From IMG/VR virus record IMGVR_UViG_3300032038_000003, positions 1 to 64,000 of that record: a stretch of DNA of 64,000 nucleotides; one strand, given 5' to 3'. How positions within the stretch are numbered: position 1 is the first letter of the stretch; each line of letters starts with the position of its first letter. The position numbers and the translations under genes were made by a program. Source of the DNA: a virus. Taxonomy: Duplodnaviria > Caudoviricetes. Of the stretch, positions 1 through 8,816 are shown in pieces. Below the pieces are notes generated by a model. That model did no database searches. It was given only the letters and a program-made list of their open reading frames with translations, and had not been told where the DNA came from.

Positions 1-1
1 C

Positions 2-526
2 CAGTTCTTCACCAATGAAGAGCGTAAGGAGTCTGAGGCAGTAGTAGCTCCTGTTATCGAGGAGCCTGTAGTTGAGGAGCCTGTAGTGGAAACAGTAGTT
101 GAGGAGCCTGTAGTTGAGGAGCCTGTAGTGGAAACAGTAGTAGAGGAAAAGGAAAATAAGGAGGTTTCTATGAAAGAGAAGTACATGGATGCAAAGTGGG
201 ATAAGTTGGTTAAGGCTGTAGCTGCTGAGTACGTAAAGCAGTCTTTGGGTGTTAAGTGGGCATTGTTCTACAAGAACACTAAGGCTACTGCTACCAAGGC
301 TGAATACCTGGTTAAAACCAAGAAGCTTTGGGGTGCTACCAGCAAGGTAATTAAGAACCTTTATGGAGAGAAGAATTGCAACGAGGATACCATTCAGCAG
401 ACTTTGAATGCTATGGTAGTTCGTGGTTACCTTAACTTCCAGAAGGTACAGGGTAAGAACGGTACAAACGTTATCTTTAACGCAAGTGCTGATCAGATGA
501 ACGCTATGTGGAAACTTAGCAAGTAA
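2..526 (+). CDS. Hypothetical early protein, 5' truncated by window edge; acidic EEPVV-repeat linker then basic, possibly winged-helix C-terminal domain; strong internal in-frame start at 170
   Basis: Frame open from base 2; AAGGAGG SD before ATG 170; terminator follows. Confidence 0.7.
   Translation, partial: QFFTNEERKESEAVVAPVIEEPVVEEPVVETVVEEPVVEEPVVETVVEEKENKEVSMKEKYMDAKWDKLVKAVAAEYVKQSLGVKWALFYKNTKATATKAEYLVKTKKLWGATSKVIKNLYGEKNCNEDTIQQTLNAMVVRGYLNFQKVQGKNGTNVIFNASADQMNAMWKLSK
59..142 (+). repeat. Coding tandem repeat, 2 x 42 bp (EEPVVEEPVVETVV)
   Basis: Direct inspection. Confidence 0.95.
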
Positions 527-539
527 TCTTATTGTTGCT

Positions 540-564
540 GGGGGAATCTGAAAAAGGTTCCCCC
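540..564 (+). terminator. Stem-loop after first ORF
   Basis: GGGGGAATCT-gaaaa-AGGTTCCCCC. Confidence 0.6.
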
Positions 565-931
565 TATGTAATCATGTATCATTAGGATTTAAATTAGATC
601 AGATCTATATATAGTGTTGGTGTTTTATTTAAATTCTTATTTTTATAAATATTGCTATATTTATATATAATAGAAGAAACTCCTACTTGGAAAAAGTATT
701 AAGCCAGTAGGAGTTTCTATATATTGTGTATAACCAACTGCGATAGGAACTCGGCAAAGTAATCGTAACTGGTTATGCTATGCAATAGCATAACTAAAAA
801 TTAATCATTTGTCAATAGACGACTCATAGGAAGTCATGCCTATGTTTAAGCATTGTCCTTTAGCTGCATATAATATTGGGGTGTCATTATATTCTATATG
901 GTGGTACTTTGATAAGCGACTTTATTCAATG

Positions 932-945
932 TGGTCTAACGACCA
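932..945 (+). promoter_or_regulatory. Hairpin promoter candidate 1
   Basis: TGGTC-TAAC-GACCA, GATGAA at +9..14 after loop, upstream of ORF 977. Confidence 0.7.
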
Positions 946-976
946 AATGATGAATAATTATTAAGGAGGTCTAATC

Positions 977-1282
977 ATGAAAGACATTATTGTAAGAACT
1001 ATTAACAAGTATCAGACAGAGGTTATTGTAGAAGGTAGAAGAGTAGTATTAACTGATATGAAGAAAGTTAATGCTGCTAAGGCTAAGAGAAGAAAGGTTG
1101 GTAATATTATTATCAATACTGTTTTAGTAATCGCTTTTGGTGCATTAATGCTTTGGGAAATCTGGTTGTTCTTTACTTATGATGAAGGACACTGGGAGGC
1201 TGATTATGTTAATGAGGAGGGTCAGTTTATTGATATCGATGGCGATGGCGATTGTTATCATTGGGTTGACCCTGTTAACTAA
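977..1282 (+). CDS. Small single-pass membrane protein
   Basis: AAGGAGG SD; hydrophobic stretch IIINTVLVIAFGALMLWEIWLFF. Confidence 0.8.
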   Translation: MKDIIVRTINKYQTEVIVEGRRVVLTDMKKVNAAKAKRRKVGNIIINTVLVIAFGALMLWEIWLFFTYDEGHWEADYVNEEGQFIDIDGDGDCYHWVDPVN

Positions 1283-1976
1283 TCAGCTCTAAGAATAGAC
1301 AATAGCCCAGATATAGAATCTATGTTAAAAAGGTTTTTATTAGATCTTTAACAGATTATATATTAACCTTCGGTTATGGGGCGACAAAGAGAGTCGCCCT
1401 ACAGGGCATCGTTGTATCAGATGAAAAGAGCCAGTGAGAGTTTTCTCACTGGCTTTGCTTGCAAAGCAAGCAAAGTATAATCTATTTTAGCTTAAATGTC
1501 AATAGCATTAGACATTATTCTCTGGTTTATTTAATAAAATATGCTATCGAGTGCTGTTCGATAGTATATTAAGAGAATAAGTATATGCTGTCGCTAGGCG
1601 AGGGATCCTGGTCCCCCATAGAGAAATCTTTGATTCTTGGCTAAAATGTAGCTTATAGCTATATTATACTCTTTTCGTTTATTCTTCTGTCTATTCTATA
1701 TATTCCCCTATAGTGTATAAGTATCTTACCATATATAAGTACTCTTTTATCTCTTATATATTCTTGAGATTAGTTAGACGCTCTTATCCAAAAGTTAATC
1801 TATTCTCTATTCATTTTACTATGCTTTTGGATATTATTTATCGTCTTTGCTTAAAATAATATACACTATTCTTTTTGCTTTTGTGTAAGGGTAAGCTATA
1901 TTTCCTGTAGTTTTCTCTTACATTTTATATATATCACCTATTAACTTATTATTCATCCATAGAAAGGAGAACTATT

Positions 1977-3056
1977 ATGGAAAAGAAGAACAAAGAAATG
2001 TCACCCGTTGTTAAAGAGGTTCGTGAATCTCTTGGTAGAGATTACCACAGAGTATTAACTTGGTATCACATCATGCATCCTCACATTAAGAGAATGCGTG
2101 ATGAGCACTATCAGGAAATGGCCGCTCAGTGGAAACTCTGTAAAGCTGTTGAGGGTATGATCGAGATTGATGAAGAATCATCTTTATCTGCCTGTACTGT
2201 TGAAGAGCAGTATTTAGAGCGTACTTATCGCTTTTTCACCATGCTCTTTAATGGTGATAAGTTGGCTCAGCGTGATGACTCTGAAAAGAGAGCATATATC
2301 GCTGATTGTATGGCACAGTTTACCAGACAGACATCTACGGAGACTCTTCATAAGAATTCTATTTATTTACTGAAGATGTCTCTTGAGGATATCCAGTTTG
2401 ACTCTACTGGAAATGCTATCTTTGACTCTCGAAATGCTTCTGTATTTATTGGTGGCAATATTCAGAGTAAGAGCAAATCCATGCGTTGGGTAGCATCCTC
2501 TGAAGATGGAATTTCTCGTCTTCTTGAGAGTTATGGTTTATCCCAGGTTATCGTCTTTATGGGCGAACAGGGTAAGACCGATGAAGACAAAGCTACTCTG
2601 TTATCCACAAAGGAAAATATATTCCTTCATGGCATCACTGATATTGCTTCGGGCAAACACTATATGTGTTCTGCTCCTTCGGCATCCAGCACCCGTCACG
2701 CAGACTTTCCGTTTATTGAAGCGGATAGTCCAGCTGATGTCTTTAAAATCTGGTGCGAAATCACTGGATTTAAGACTATCGAAGATCTCGTAGCTGGAAT
2801 TGGGTCCTTCAAGGATGGTAAGTATATTGTCAATCTTGCTAAGCTTAAAGCGAGAATTGCAATGAGAGGTTCTAACTCTTTCGATACTTATCAGACTGTA
2901 CAGAATCCTAATGTATTGTGGAAGTTGAAGCATCCGAATGTTGATTATGTATCGGACGCTTCTGGAACTACTAAAGTACCATATAAGGGTATTACATCTC
3001 CTGGAGTTTTAGAGATGAAGAATCCCGATGGTACTATCACTACGGAGAGAGTCTAA
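1977..3056 (+). CDS. YonO/RdRP-like RNA polymerase, N-terminal part
   Basis: SASSTR and AKLKARIAMRGSNS match the S-x-S-Q-x-R and K-x-x-A-R-x-x-x-x-x-S motifs of cellular RdRP/YonO; GAAAGGAG SD. Confidence 0.7.
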   Translation: MEKKNKEMSPVVKEVRESLGRDYHRVLTWYHIMHPHIKRMRDEHYQEMAAQWKLCKAVEGMIEIDEESSLSACTVEEQYLERTYRFFTMLFNGDKLAQRDDSEKRAYIADCMAQFTRQTSTETLHKNSIYLLKMSLEDIQFDSTGNAIFDSRNASVFIGGNIQSKSKSMRWVASSEDGISRLLESYGLSQVIVFMGEQGKTDEDKATLLSTKENIFLHGITDIASGKHYMCSAPSASSTRHADFPFIEADSPADVFKIWCEITGFKTIEDLVAGIGSFKDGKYIVNLAKLKARIAMRGSNSFDTYQTVQNPNVLWKLKHPNVDYVSDASGTTKVPYKGITSPGVLEMKNPDGTITTERV

Positions 3057-3074
3057 TGGCTCTCTCCATATTTT
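3044..3074 (+). terminator. 10-bp hairpin with the ORF stop codon in its loop, followed by ATATTTT
   Basis: GGAGAGAGTC-TAAT-GGCTCTCTCC. Confidence 0.55.
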
Positions 3075-3146
3075 ACCTATCACTAATAATTTTAATTAGG
3101 GTGCAGAAAGGACATCCTTGGGTGAGAATCCCTAAAATGTTGGATT

Positions 3147-5861
3147 ATGATGAACAATAATACTGTTAAGGAACTCAGAGAGATGGCTAAGGTTGCTGGT
3201 ATCGTTGGATATAGCAAGATGAAGAAAGCTGAGCTTATTGACGCTCTTGCTAATGTTGCTGCTAACGAGATGGTTGAAGAAGTTGTTACAGAGTCTGCTG
3301 TTGAAGAGCGTAAGACCATTCCTGGTGATGGAATGATGATCTGCTCTTTCACCTATGCTGCTACTATGGCATGTGCAATGCGTATCATCACTGAGAATGA
3401 GTACGATGTATTCGTATCTCAGATCGCTACTGTTAATTCGCTTGAAGAAGCTTATGAGAATGTTAAGCTTCGCAAGCTTATCCAGAAAGTTCCTTCTGTA
3501 TTCCAGATTAGACATGAAGGATGTAAAGGTATCGTTGTTAAGTATCCTCTTGAGTTCATCGACGAGCTTAAGGATAAGGATCTGGTTATCACTGATGGAG
3601 CAAGAAAGTTCGCATCTCAGAACTGGGAAGAAGCTCCTTTGGAAGTATGTAATTACTTAAAGAGAAAGGATAAATGGGTTGCTCTTAATCCTCAGTTCAT
3701 CCAGGCTCTTAAGTTCGAGAATCCCAACGCTTTAATTCCCGTTGTGGATTTCTGGTTCAATAAGCTTGAGGAATCTGTAACTGATATCGCTAAAGCTCAG
3801 GAGTTCCATGGAATTATCTCTTCTGTAGATGGAGCAAGCGATACTAATAGCAACCTCGTTGTTGCTCTTCGTAACTCAAGTGACCTTGTTGATGATTTCC
3901 AGGTTATCAACTGGAGAAGACAGCAATACGAGAAGTTTATCACCGATATGAAGGTTGGTAGAGTTCTCGTTCCTGGTGAGTATACTTACATGGTATGTGA
4001 TCCAGCATACATGCTGAATTCTATTTATGGCCTTAACCTTAACGCCCTTGCATCTGGAGAATACTGGTTTAATAACCATGTAGGATTTGCTGGAGCATTT
4101 AGATCTCCTCTTATCGCTCCTTTCGAAGCACAGAAGTTCAATTGTGTTGAGAGAGAAGACTACTGGTTCTTCAAAGATATCGTAGTATTTAATGGCTATG
4201 ATGGTGCTTGGGAGAATATGGGCGGTGCCGATTTCGATGGCGACACTTGTGCTATCGTTCCCGACAATACAGATCTTGGCAAGATCATCGTTGATGGTAT
4301 CCGTTCTATGAACTATGTAGTATGGGAGCCTGGTCTGTCTGCTGTAAAAGAAGAGTTCTCTTGGGAGAATATGGCAAAGTTCAATGCTAAGGTTGCGAAA
4401 GTTGACCGTACTGGCATCATTACGAACTATGCATCCAGAGCCATGGATATCTCTAATCACCTTGAGTCTTGCATCTACTTTGCAAAGATGATGGGTTGTG
4501 TTGGTATCTATATGGTACATCCTTCTGAGGTTCAGAATTCTTCTGAAATGAAGCCTCACACTATGACTATTAATGGCGAGAAGTACTTCGCCATTCGTGG
4601 TCTCGTACATGCTACAGAGAAAGATGGCGTTGTTCGTTATGATAACGATGGCATCTATGGCATCAAGACATTTGACCAGGTTCAGAAGATCGCTGATGAA
4701 TATCTGGCAAAGGTTGAGTATCTTCGTCTTATGCAGGGTAGAGAGATTGACTCTGCAAAGACTGGTGTTGCTGCTGAAGGTATGAGTGGACTGGATTTTG
4801 TTGACTCTGTTAAGGTTGAATTCACTCCCCAGGAGATGATTACCAGAGTTGAGGTTCTTGGTCGTCCTGTAGCAAAGTTTGCTCAGCTGAACAAGTATCA
4901 GTCTCTGTCTCCTCTGGCAAGAGTACATGATTATGTTGAGCAGAAGGGCCTTGAATTCATGAATCGTTTTGCAAATGGTTCCGATAAGGTTGCTCTCCTT
5001 CTTAAGCTGTTATCAGCAGAAGAGAATGCTCAGCTTAAGATGAATGTTTCTTTTGCTGATGGACGCATGATGACTCTGCTTGACTATCTTAAGGCTCGTA
5101 AGTCTGAGTATGGTAAAAAGATGTCTGAAATCTTCAAGGCTGAATTACCCGATGAAGAACTTAAGGATGTCATCAATGGTCTCAAGACAAACGAGATTAA
5201 TACTCTTAACCAGCTTGCAGTAAACCTCAAGGTTTCTGTTGAGGTTATCGCAGTTGCTTGTTATATCGTTGCTTATACTAAGGACGGTAACTTTGGTACT
5301 GGTCTTACTTATGGCTGGTTACTCTTTGACGAGCTTCTGTCTGTATTCACAAGAAACAACAAGAAGTTTGAGCTTTACAGACTTCCTCGTTATGCTGAAG
5401 AGGTTTCAGTATCTGCTGGATATCTCTATGTAAATGAGAAGGAGTATGCTCCTATCGACGATGTTGATGATTGTGAGTATGTTCCTGTTCAGCTTATCAA
5501 TGGAAAGCCTTATGCACTGATCCACAAGAGAAGTGAAAAGGTTGTTGCTGTTGTTGCAAGCCAGAATGTTGGTGCTGTTTATACCATCGACATGATTTAT
5601 GGCTTCAAGTATTCTTGTGGTTCCAAGGACGAGTGGAAGAGAATCGTTAAGGAAAACGGTTATGTATTTACTGTTGACTTTGATGAAAACTCCAGACTGT
5701 CTGTTCTTGTTAACGGTGTTGTCATCGGTGCTATCAAGGCTACTGTTGCTGATCTTCACATTTCTGAGCTTGTTGGACACGAGGTAAAGGCTATTGGTTC
5801 TCCCGATTATAAGGAGACCGAGAATACTATCGCTAACCTCGTTGTTCGTGTAGTAAAGTAA
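3147..5861 (+). CDS. YonO/RdRP-like two-barrel RNA polymerase, catalytic part, with N-terminal Rho_N-like domain
   Basis: PGDG, FQIRHEGCKG, RSP and catalytic GGADFDGD motifs; N-terminal TVKELREMAK..GYSKMKKAELIDAL is Rho_N-like. Confidence 0.9.
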   Translation: MMNNNTVKELREMAKVAGIVGYSKMKKAELIDALANVAANEMVEEVVTESAVEERKTIPGDGMMICSFTYAATMACAMRIITENEYDVFVSQIATVNSLEEAYENVKLRKLIQKVPSVFQIRHEGCKGIVVKYPLEFIDELKDKDLVITDGARKFASQNWEEAPLEVCNYLKRKDKWVALNPQFIQALKFENPNALIPVVDFWFNKLEESVTDIAKAQEFHGIISSVDGASDTNSNLVVALRNSSDLVDDFQVINWRRQQYEKFITDMKVGRVLVPGEYTYMVCDPAYMLNSIYGLNLNALASGEYWFNNHVGFAGAFRSPLIAPFEAQKFNCVEREDYWFFKDIVVFNGYDGAWENMGGADFDGDTCAIVPDNTDLGKIIVDGIRSMNYVVWEPGLSAVKEEFSWENMAKFNAKVAKVDRTGIITNYASRAMDISNHLESCIYFAKMMGCVGIYMVHPSEVQNSSEMKPHTMTINGEKYFAIRGLVHATEKDGVVRYDNDGIYGIKTFDQVQKIADEYLAKVEYLRLMQGREIDSAKTGVAAEGMSGLDFVDSVKVEFTPQEMITRVEVLGRPVAKFAQLNKYQSLSPLARVHDYVEQKGLEFMNRFANGSDKVALLLKLLSAEENAQLKMNVSFADGRMMTLLDYLKARKSEYGKKMSEIFKAELPDEELKDVINGLKTNEINTLNQLAVNLKVSVEVIAVACYIVAYTKDGNFGTGLTYGWLLFDELLSVFTRNNKKFELYRLPRYAEEVSVSAGYLYVNEKEYAPIDDVDDCEYVPVQLINGKPYALIHKRSEKVVAVVASQNVGAVYTIDMIYGFKYSCGSKDEWKRIVKENGYVFTVDFDENSRLSVLVNGVVIGAIKATVADLHISELVGHEVKAIGSPDYKETENTIANLVVRVVK

Positions 5862-5865
5862 TATC

Positions 5866-5907
5866 TTGGGGGCATCCTGGAATACAGGGTGCTCCCAAAA
5901 ATTTTTT
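5866..5907 (+). terminator. Rho-independent terminator after RNAP
   Basis: TTGGGGGCATCCTG-gaata-CAGGGTGCTCCCAA followed by A/T run. Confidence 0.75.
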
Positions 5908-5928
5908 GCCCTAACGAGACGGGCATAA

Positions 5929-5944
5929 TAAAACTATCGTTTTA
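5929..5944 (+). promoter_or_regulatory. Hairpin promoter candidate 2
   Basis: TAAAAC-TATC-GTTTTA, GATGA at +9..13. Confidence 0.7.
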
Positions 5945-5976
5945 ATGATGATTTTAATTGCGAAAGGAGAATCGTT

Positions 5977-6444
5977 ATGCAGATACCTAAAAGTTATACA
6001 TCTTTATGGAAACAGATCAAAGGATTTATCCCCTCAGATGATATTGATAGTGAATTAGATTTCGGAGGTATTATCATTCCGATATCGAAATATGGAAGTG
6101 ATCCATATTATGACTTTAACGAAGGAGTAATATCATATCATATCCTTCCTAATGAGAATCATAAGGGATATAAGGGAAATTGGGATTTTGACTTTAATCA
6201 AGACTCTTATGAAGGATGGAAAAGCTGTCGTTCTCGTCGTTTCAATGACTTTGATACTAAGAAGAAAGACTATTCTCTGGAATATGCTGGTAAAAAGGTT
6301 AGTAGAAGAAAAGTGTACGACTGCTATGAAACGAGAACAACATATAAGTTTATCTATTCTTCAGATACAGAGAAAGTGATTTTGTATGTTACAATTGTTG
6401 AAGATATTGATATCGATGCATTTGCTATTGCAGAATATGAATAA
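5977..6444 (+). CDS. Hypothetical protein
   Basis: ORF with GAAAGGAG SD. Confidence 0.8.
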   Translation: MQIPKSYTSLWKQIKGFIPSDDIDSELDFGGIIIPISKYGSDPYYDFNEGVISYHILPNENHKGYKGNWDFDFNQDSYEGWKSCRSRRFNDFDTKKKDYSLEYAGKKVSRRKVYDCYETRTTYKFIYSSDTEKVILYVTIVEDIDIDAFAIAEYE

Positions 6445-6458
6445 TAGGGGGTGTTAAT

Positions 6459-7220
6459 ATGCTGTTTACTGGTAGTATTAAGGATATCGACAAATCAAAA
6501 TATGATGAAATTTGGATTATTGCCAGAAAGATTGGCAATGTACAGACTGGTGGAAATATATATCATGTTCCCCAGTTAGCTCCAAGCTATGACTTGCTGA
6601 ATCGTTATTTGTCGTGGAGGTCACAGGGTATCTGGAATAAGAATCAGTTTGATACTGTTTATACTCCACAATTCTTAAACGAAATGCAAATGCCTATGGC
6701 ACAGCAGTACTTAAGACTGTTGCAATCCAAATCCAAGGAGAAGGATGTATTGATCTGTTGTTTTTGTAGAGACGAATCAATATGTCACAGAACTCTCGTG
6801 AAAAGAATTATAGAATCTATGAATAATTCTTTTTATTTATTAGTTGCTGGATCTCGTGGTTTTAATAATTATCCTCTTCTCAAAGAGAAGTTGGATTATC
6901 TTTTACAGAACCAATCTGATAAAGAGATCCATATTGTTTCTGGTGGTGCTAAAGGAGCAGATACTCTTGCTGAATGGTATGCCAAGGAGCGTGGTTATCA
7001 AATGCATGTATTCCCAGCTGATTGGAATCGCTTTGGTAAGTCTGCTGGTTATCGTCGTAATGAACAAATGCATCAGTTTATCTCTCAGTTTCCAAAGAGA
7101 GGGTGCGTTTGTTTCTGGGATGGAGAATCTAAAGGTACTCAACATAATTTCAAGTTATGTGAAACCTACGGTACTCCTCTTCGTAAGATCATGTTTCAGC
7201 CTAATTCTCTCAGTCTTTAA
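6459..7220 (+). CDS. DUF488-like domain fused to SLOG (YspA/DUF2493-like) domain
   Basis: LAPS..CFCRDESICHR N-domain; VAGSR..VSGGAKGAD..ADW..GKSAGYRRNEQM C-domain. Confidence 0.75.
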   Translation: MLFTGSIKDIDKSKYDEIWIIARKIGNVQTGGNIYHVPQLAPSYDLLNRYLSWRSQGIWNKNQFDTVYTPQFLNEMQMPMAQQYLRLLQSKSKEKDVLICCFCRDESICHRTLVKRIIESMNNSFYLLVAGSRGFNNYPLLKEKLDYLLQNQSDKEIHIVSGGAKGADTLAEWYAKERGYQMHVFPADWNRFGKSAGYRRNEQMHQFISQFPKRGCVCFWDGESKGTQHNFKLCETYGTPLRKIMFQPNSLSL

Positions 7221-7235
7221 CGAGATAACGAGAGA

Positions 7236-7251
7236 GCCGCCTATTGGCGGC
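7236..7251 (+). promoter_or_regulatory. Hairpin promoter candidate 3
   Basis: GCCGCC-TATT-GGCGGC, GGTGAA at +9..14. Confidence 0.7.
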
Positions 7252-7370
7252 ATGGTGAAACAGTTTTGTTCTCTCTTCTCCTGTCGGGGGATGATCTATG
7301 ATCATCCCCCTCTTTTTTTAAAACAGGCTGAAGTTAGACATGGCTATTTATTTATATGGAGGTATCGCTT

Positions 7371-7829
7371 ATGCAAATTTTGAGAACTCAAACCGATATC
7401 TTTTATCTTCCCAAAACAACAGAGGCTGTTGGTATTACTACCAATGGTGTTATCGATAAAAACGGCAATGCAGTTATGGGTAAAGGAATTGCTCTTCAAG
7501 CAAAGAACTTATTTCATTGCGAAGCCAAACTTGGTCAGTATATTAAAACCTACGGTAATCGTTGTTTTAATCTTGGGATGTGTAAAAGAGATAACGAGAC
7601 ATTCACTCTATTTTCTTTTCCTACTAAACATCATTGGAAAGAAATGAGTGATATCACATTAATTTGCAAATCAGCAGAAGAGATTATGCAGATGTGTGAT
7701 AAGTTTGGTATCACCAAATGTTATTTACCACCAGTTGGATGTGGTGCTGGTGGACTGAACTGGGAAGTTACTGTTGAACCATGGTTATCAAATATATTAG
7801 ATGACCGTTTTATTATCGTGAGGAGGTAA
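7371..7829 (+). CDS. Macro domain (ADP-ribose binding/hydrolase) protein
   Basis: TTNG..MGKGIA, FPTKHHW and PPVGCGAGGL motifs. Confidence 0.85.
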   Translation: MQILRTQTDIFYLPKTTEAVGITTNGVIDKNGNAVMGKGIALQAKNLFHCEAKLGQYIKTYGNRCFNLGMCKRDNETFTLFSFPTKHHWKEMSDITLICKSAEEIMQMCDKFGITKCYLPPVGCGAGGLNWEVTVEPWLSNILDDRFIIVRR

Positions 7830-7831
7830 TT

Positions 7832-7963
7832 ATGGATAATTTTGATTACGACGCACAGTTAAGAACGATTGGATATTCTGAAGAAGAAATATCCAATATG
7901 GATCAGAACGAGAAAGAATATGTAGTACAGGAATGGCGTAGAGCCAACGACTTACCATTATAG
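7832..7963 (+). CDS. Small acidic hypothetical protein (43 aa)
   Basis: GAGGAGG SD; below ORF-track cutoff. Confidence 0.6.
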   Translation: MDNFDYDAQLRTIGYSEEEISNMDQNEKEYVVQEWRRANDLPL

Positions 7964-7974
7964 GAGGGAGAAAT

Positions 7975-8307
7975 ATGAAAACTAATTTTTTAACTTACGG
8001 AGACATCAAACATATCGCTGAAGATTATGCAAAAAAGAATAACTGCAAGGTTAAGATTGAGATTGTAAACCATAAGACACATAACACTATGACTCTCGAA
8101 GAGGTATCTTTATTACTCTATAGTGCTGGTATACCATCTTATCGAAATACATATAATCTTCGATCATCAAACAGAGAGAGGATGATCTATTATCTTGCAG
8201 TAAAAGGTATGAGTATCGTAGTTATCTGTAATTTTATCTATGCTCAAGGTACAGAAGTCAACGGATATAAGATAGAAGCAGATGGACAACTAAGTTTTGT
8301 ATTTTAG
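7975..8307 (+). CDS. Hypothetical protein
   Basis: ORF with SD. Confidence 0.75.
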   Translation: MKTNFLTYGDIKHIAEDYAKKNNCKVKIEIVNHKTHNTMTLEEVSLLLYSAGIPSYRNTYNLRSSNRERMIYYLAVKGMSIVVICNFIYAQGTEVNGYKIEADGQLSFVF

Positions 8308-8313
8308 GGTTAC

Positions 8314-8329
8314 GCCCCCTATCGGGGGC
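8314..8329 (+). promoter_or_regulatory. Hairpin promoter candidate 4
   Basis: GCCCCC-TATC-GGGGGC, GATGAA at +9..14. Confidence 0.75.
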
Positions 8330-8382
8330 TTGATGAAAGTAATTTCAAATCACCTATCAACCAAAATAAGGAGGAAATCAAA

Positions 8383-8475
8383 ATGATTGAAATCAGAGAG
8401 ACAGCGGACGGTCAGGTTATCTATGTGGACGGTTACTATGTAGGAATCATTCACAATGACAGTACAGCAGAATAA
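8383..8475 (+). CDS. 30-aa peptide MIEIRETADGQVIYVDGYYVGIIHNDSTAE
   Basis: AAGGAGG SD just after hairpin 4. Confidence 0.6.
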   Translation: MIEIRETADGQVIYVDGYYVGIIHNDSTAE

Positions 8476-8486
8476 GGAGGGTCACT

Positions 8487-8816
8487 ATGCAGATAATAAT
8501 GAGTGAAAAAGAAAAAGAGATTATGCAGACATTGTTAATCAATGTTGCTGATCAGCCACTTACAGAAACTCCTGGTATTCTTGCTATTAAATACAAGAAA
8601 TCAGCAGAAGAGAATGCTGAAACACAGACAGTTATCGAGATCAACGAGAAGTATGTAACCACTCTCTACGGAGAAGCAAATAAGTGGTTACCTGGTATTG
8701 TTGGTGCAACTAAAGGGCTTGTTGCACTATGCAAATCATTTATGAATGCTATATCTGAAACTGAAAACTCTTTGCTTAAGGAACTAAAAACTGAAAAGGT
8801 TCCAAACGAGAAATGA
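8487..8816 (+). CDS. Hypothetical protein
   Basis: ORF with SD. Confidence 0.75.
   Translation: MQIIMSEKEKEIMQTLLINVADQPLTETPGILAIKYKKSAEENAETQTVIEINEKYVTTLYGEANKWLPGIVGATKGLVALCKSFMNAISETENSLLKELKTEKVPNEK

Noticed and set aside
3044-3067. Counting this C-TAAT-G hairpin as a hairpin promoter
   Set aside because: Loop variant, longer stem, pyrimidine at +12 and a T-rich tail make it more terminator- or recoding-like.
3053-3310. Group I intron in the RNAP gene (P1-like hairpin with U-G pair and UAA loop)
   Set aside because: No convincing P7 (GACUA/UAGUC) core; the interior is well explained as a Rho_N coding sequence.
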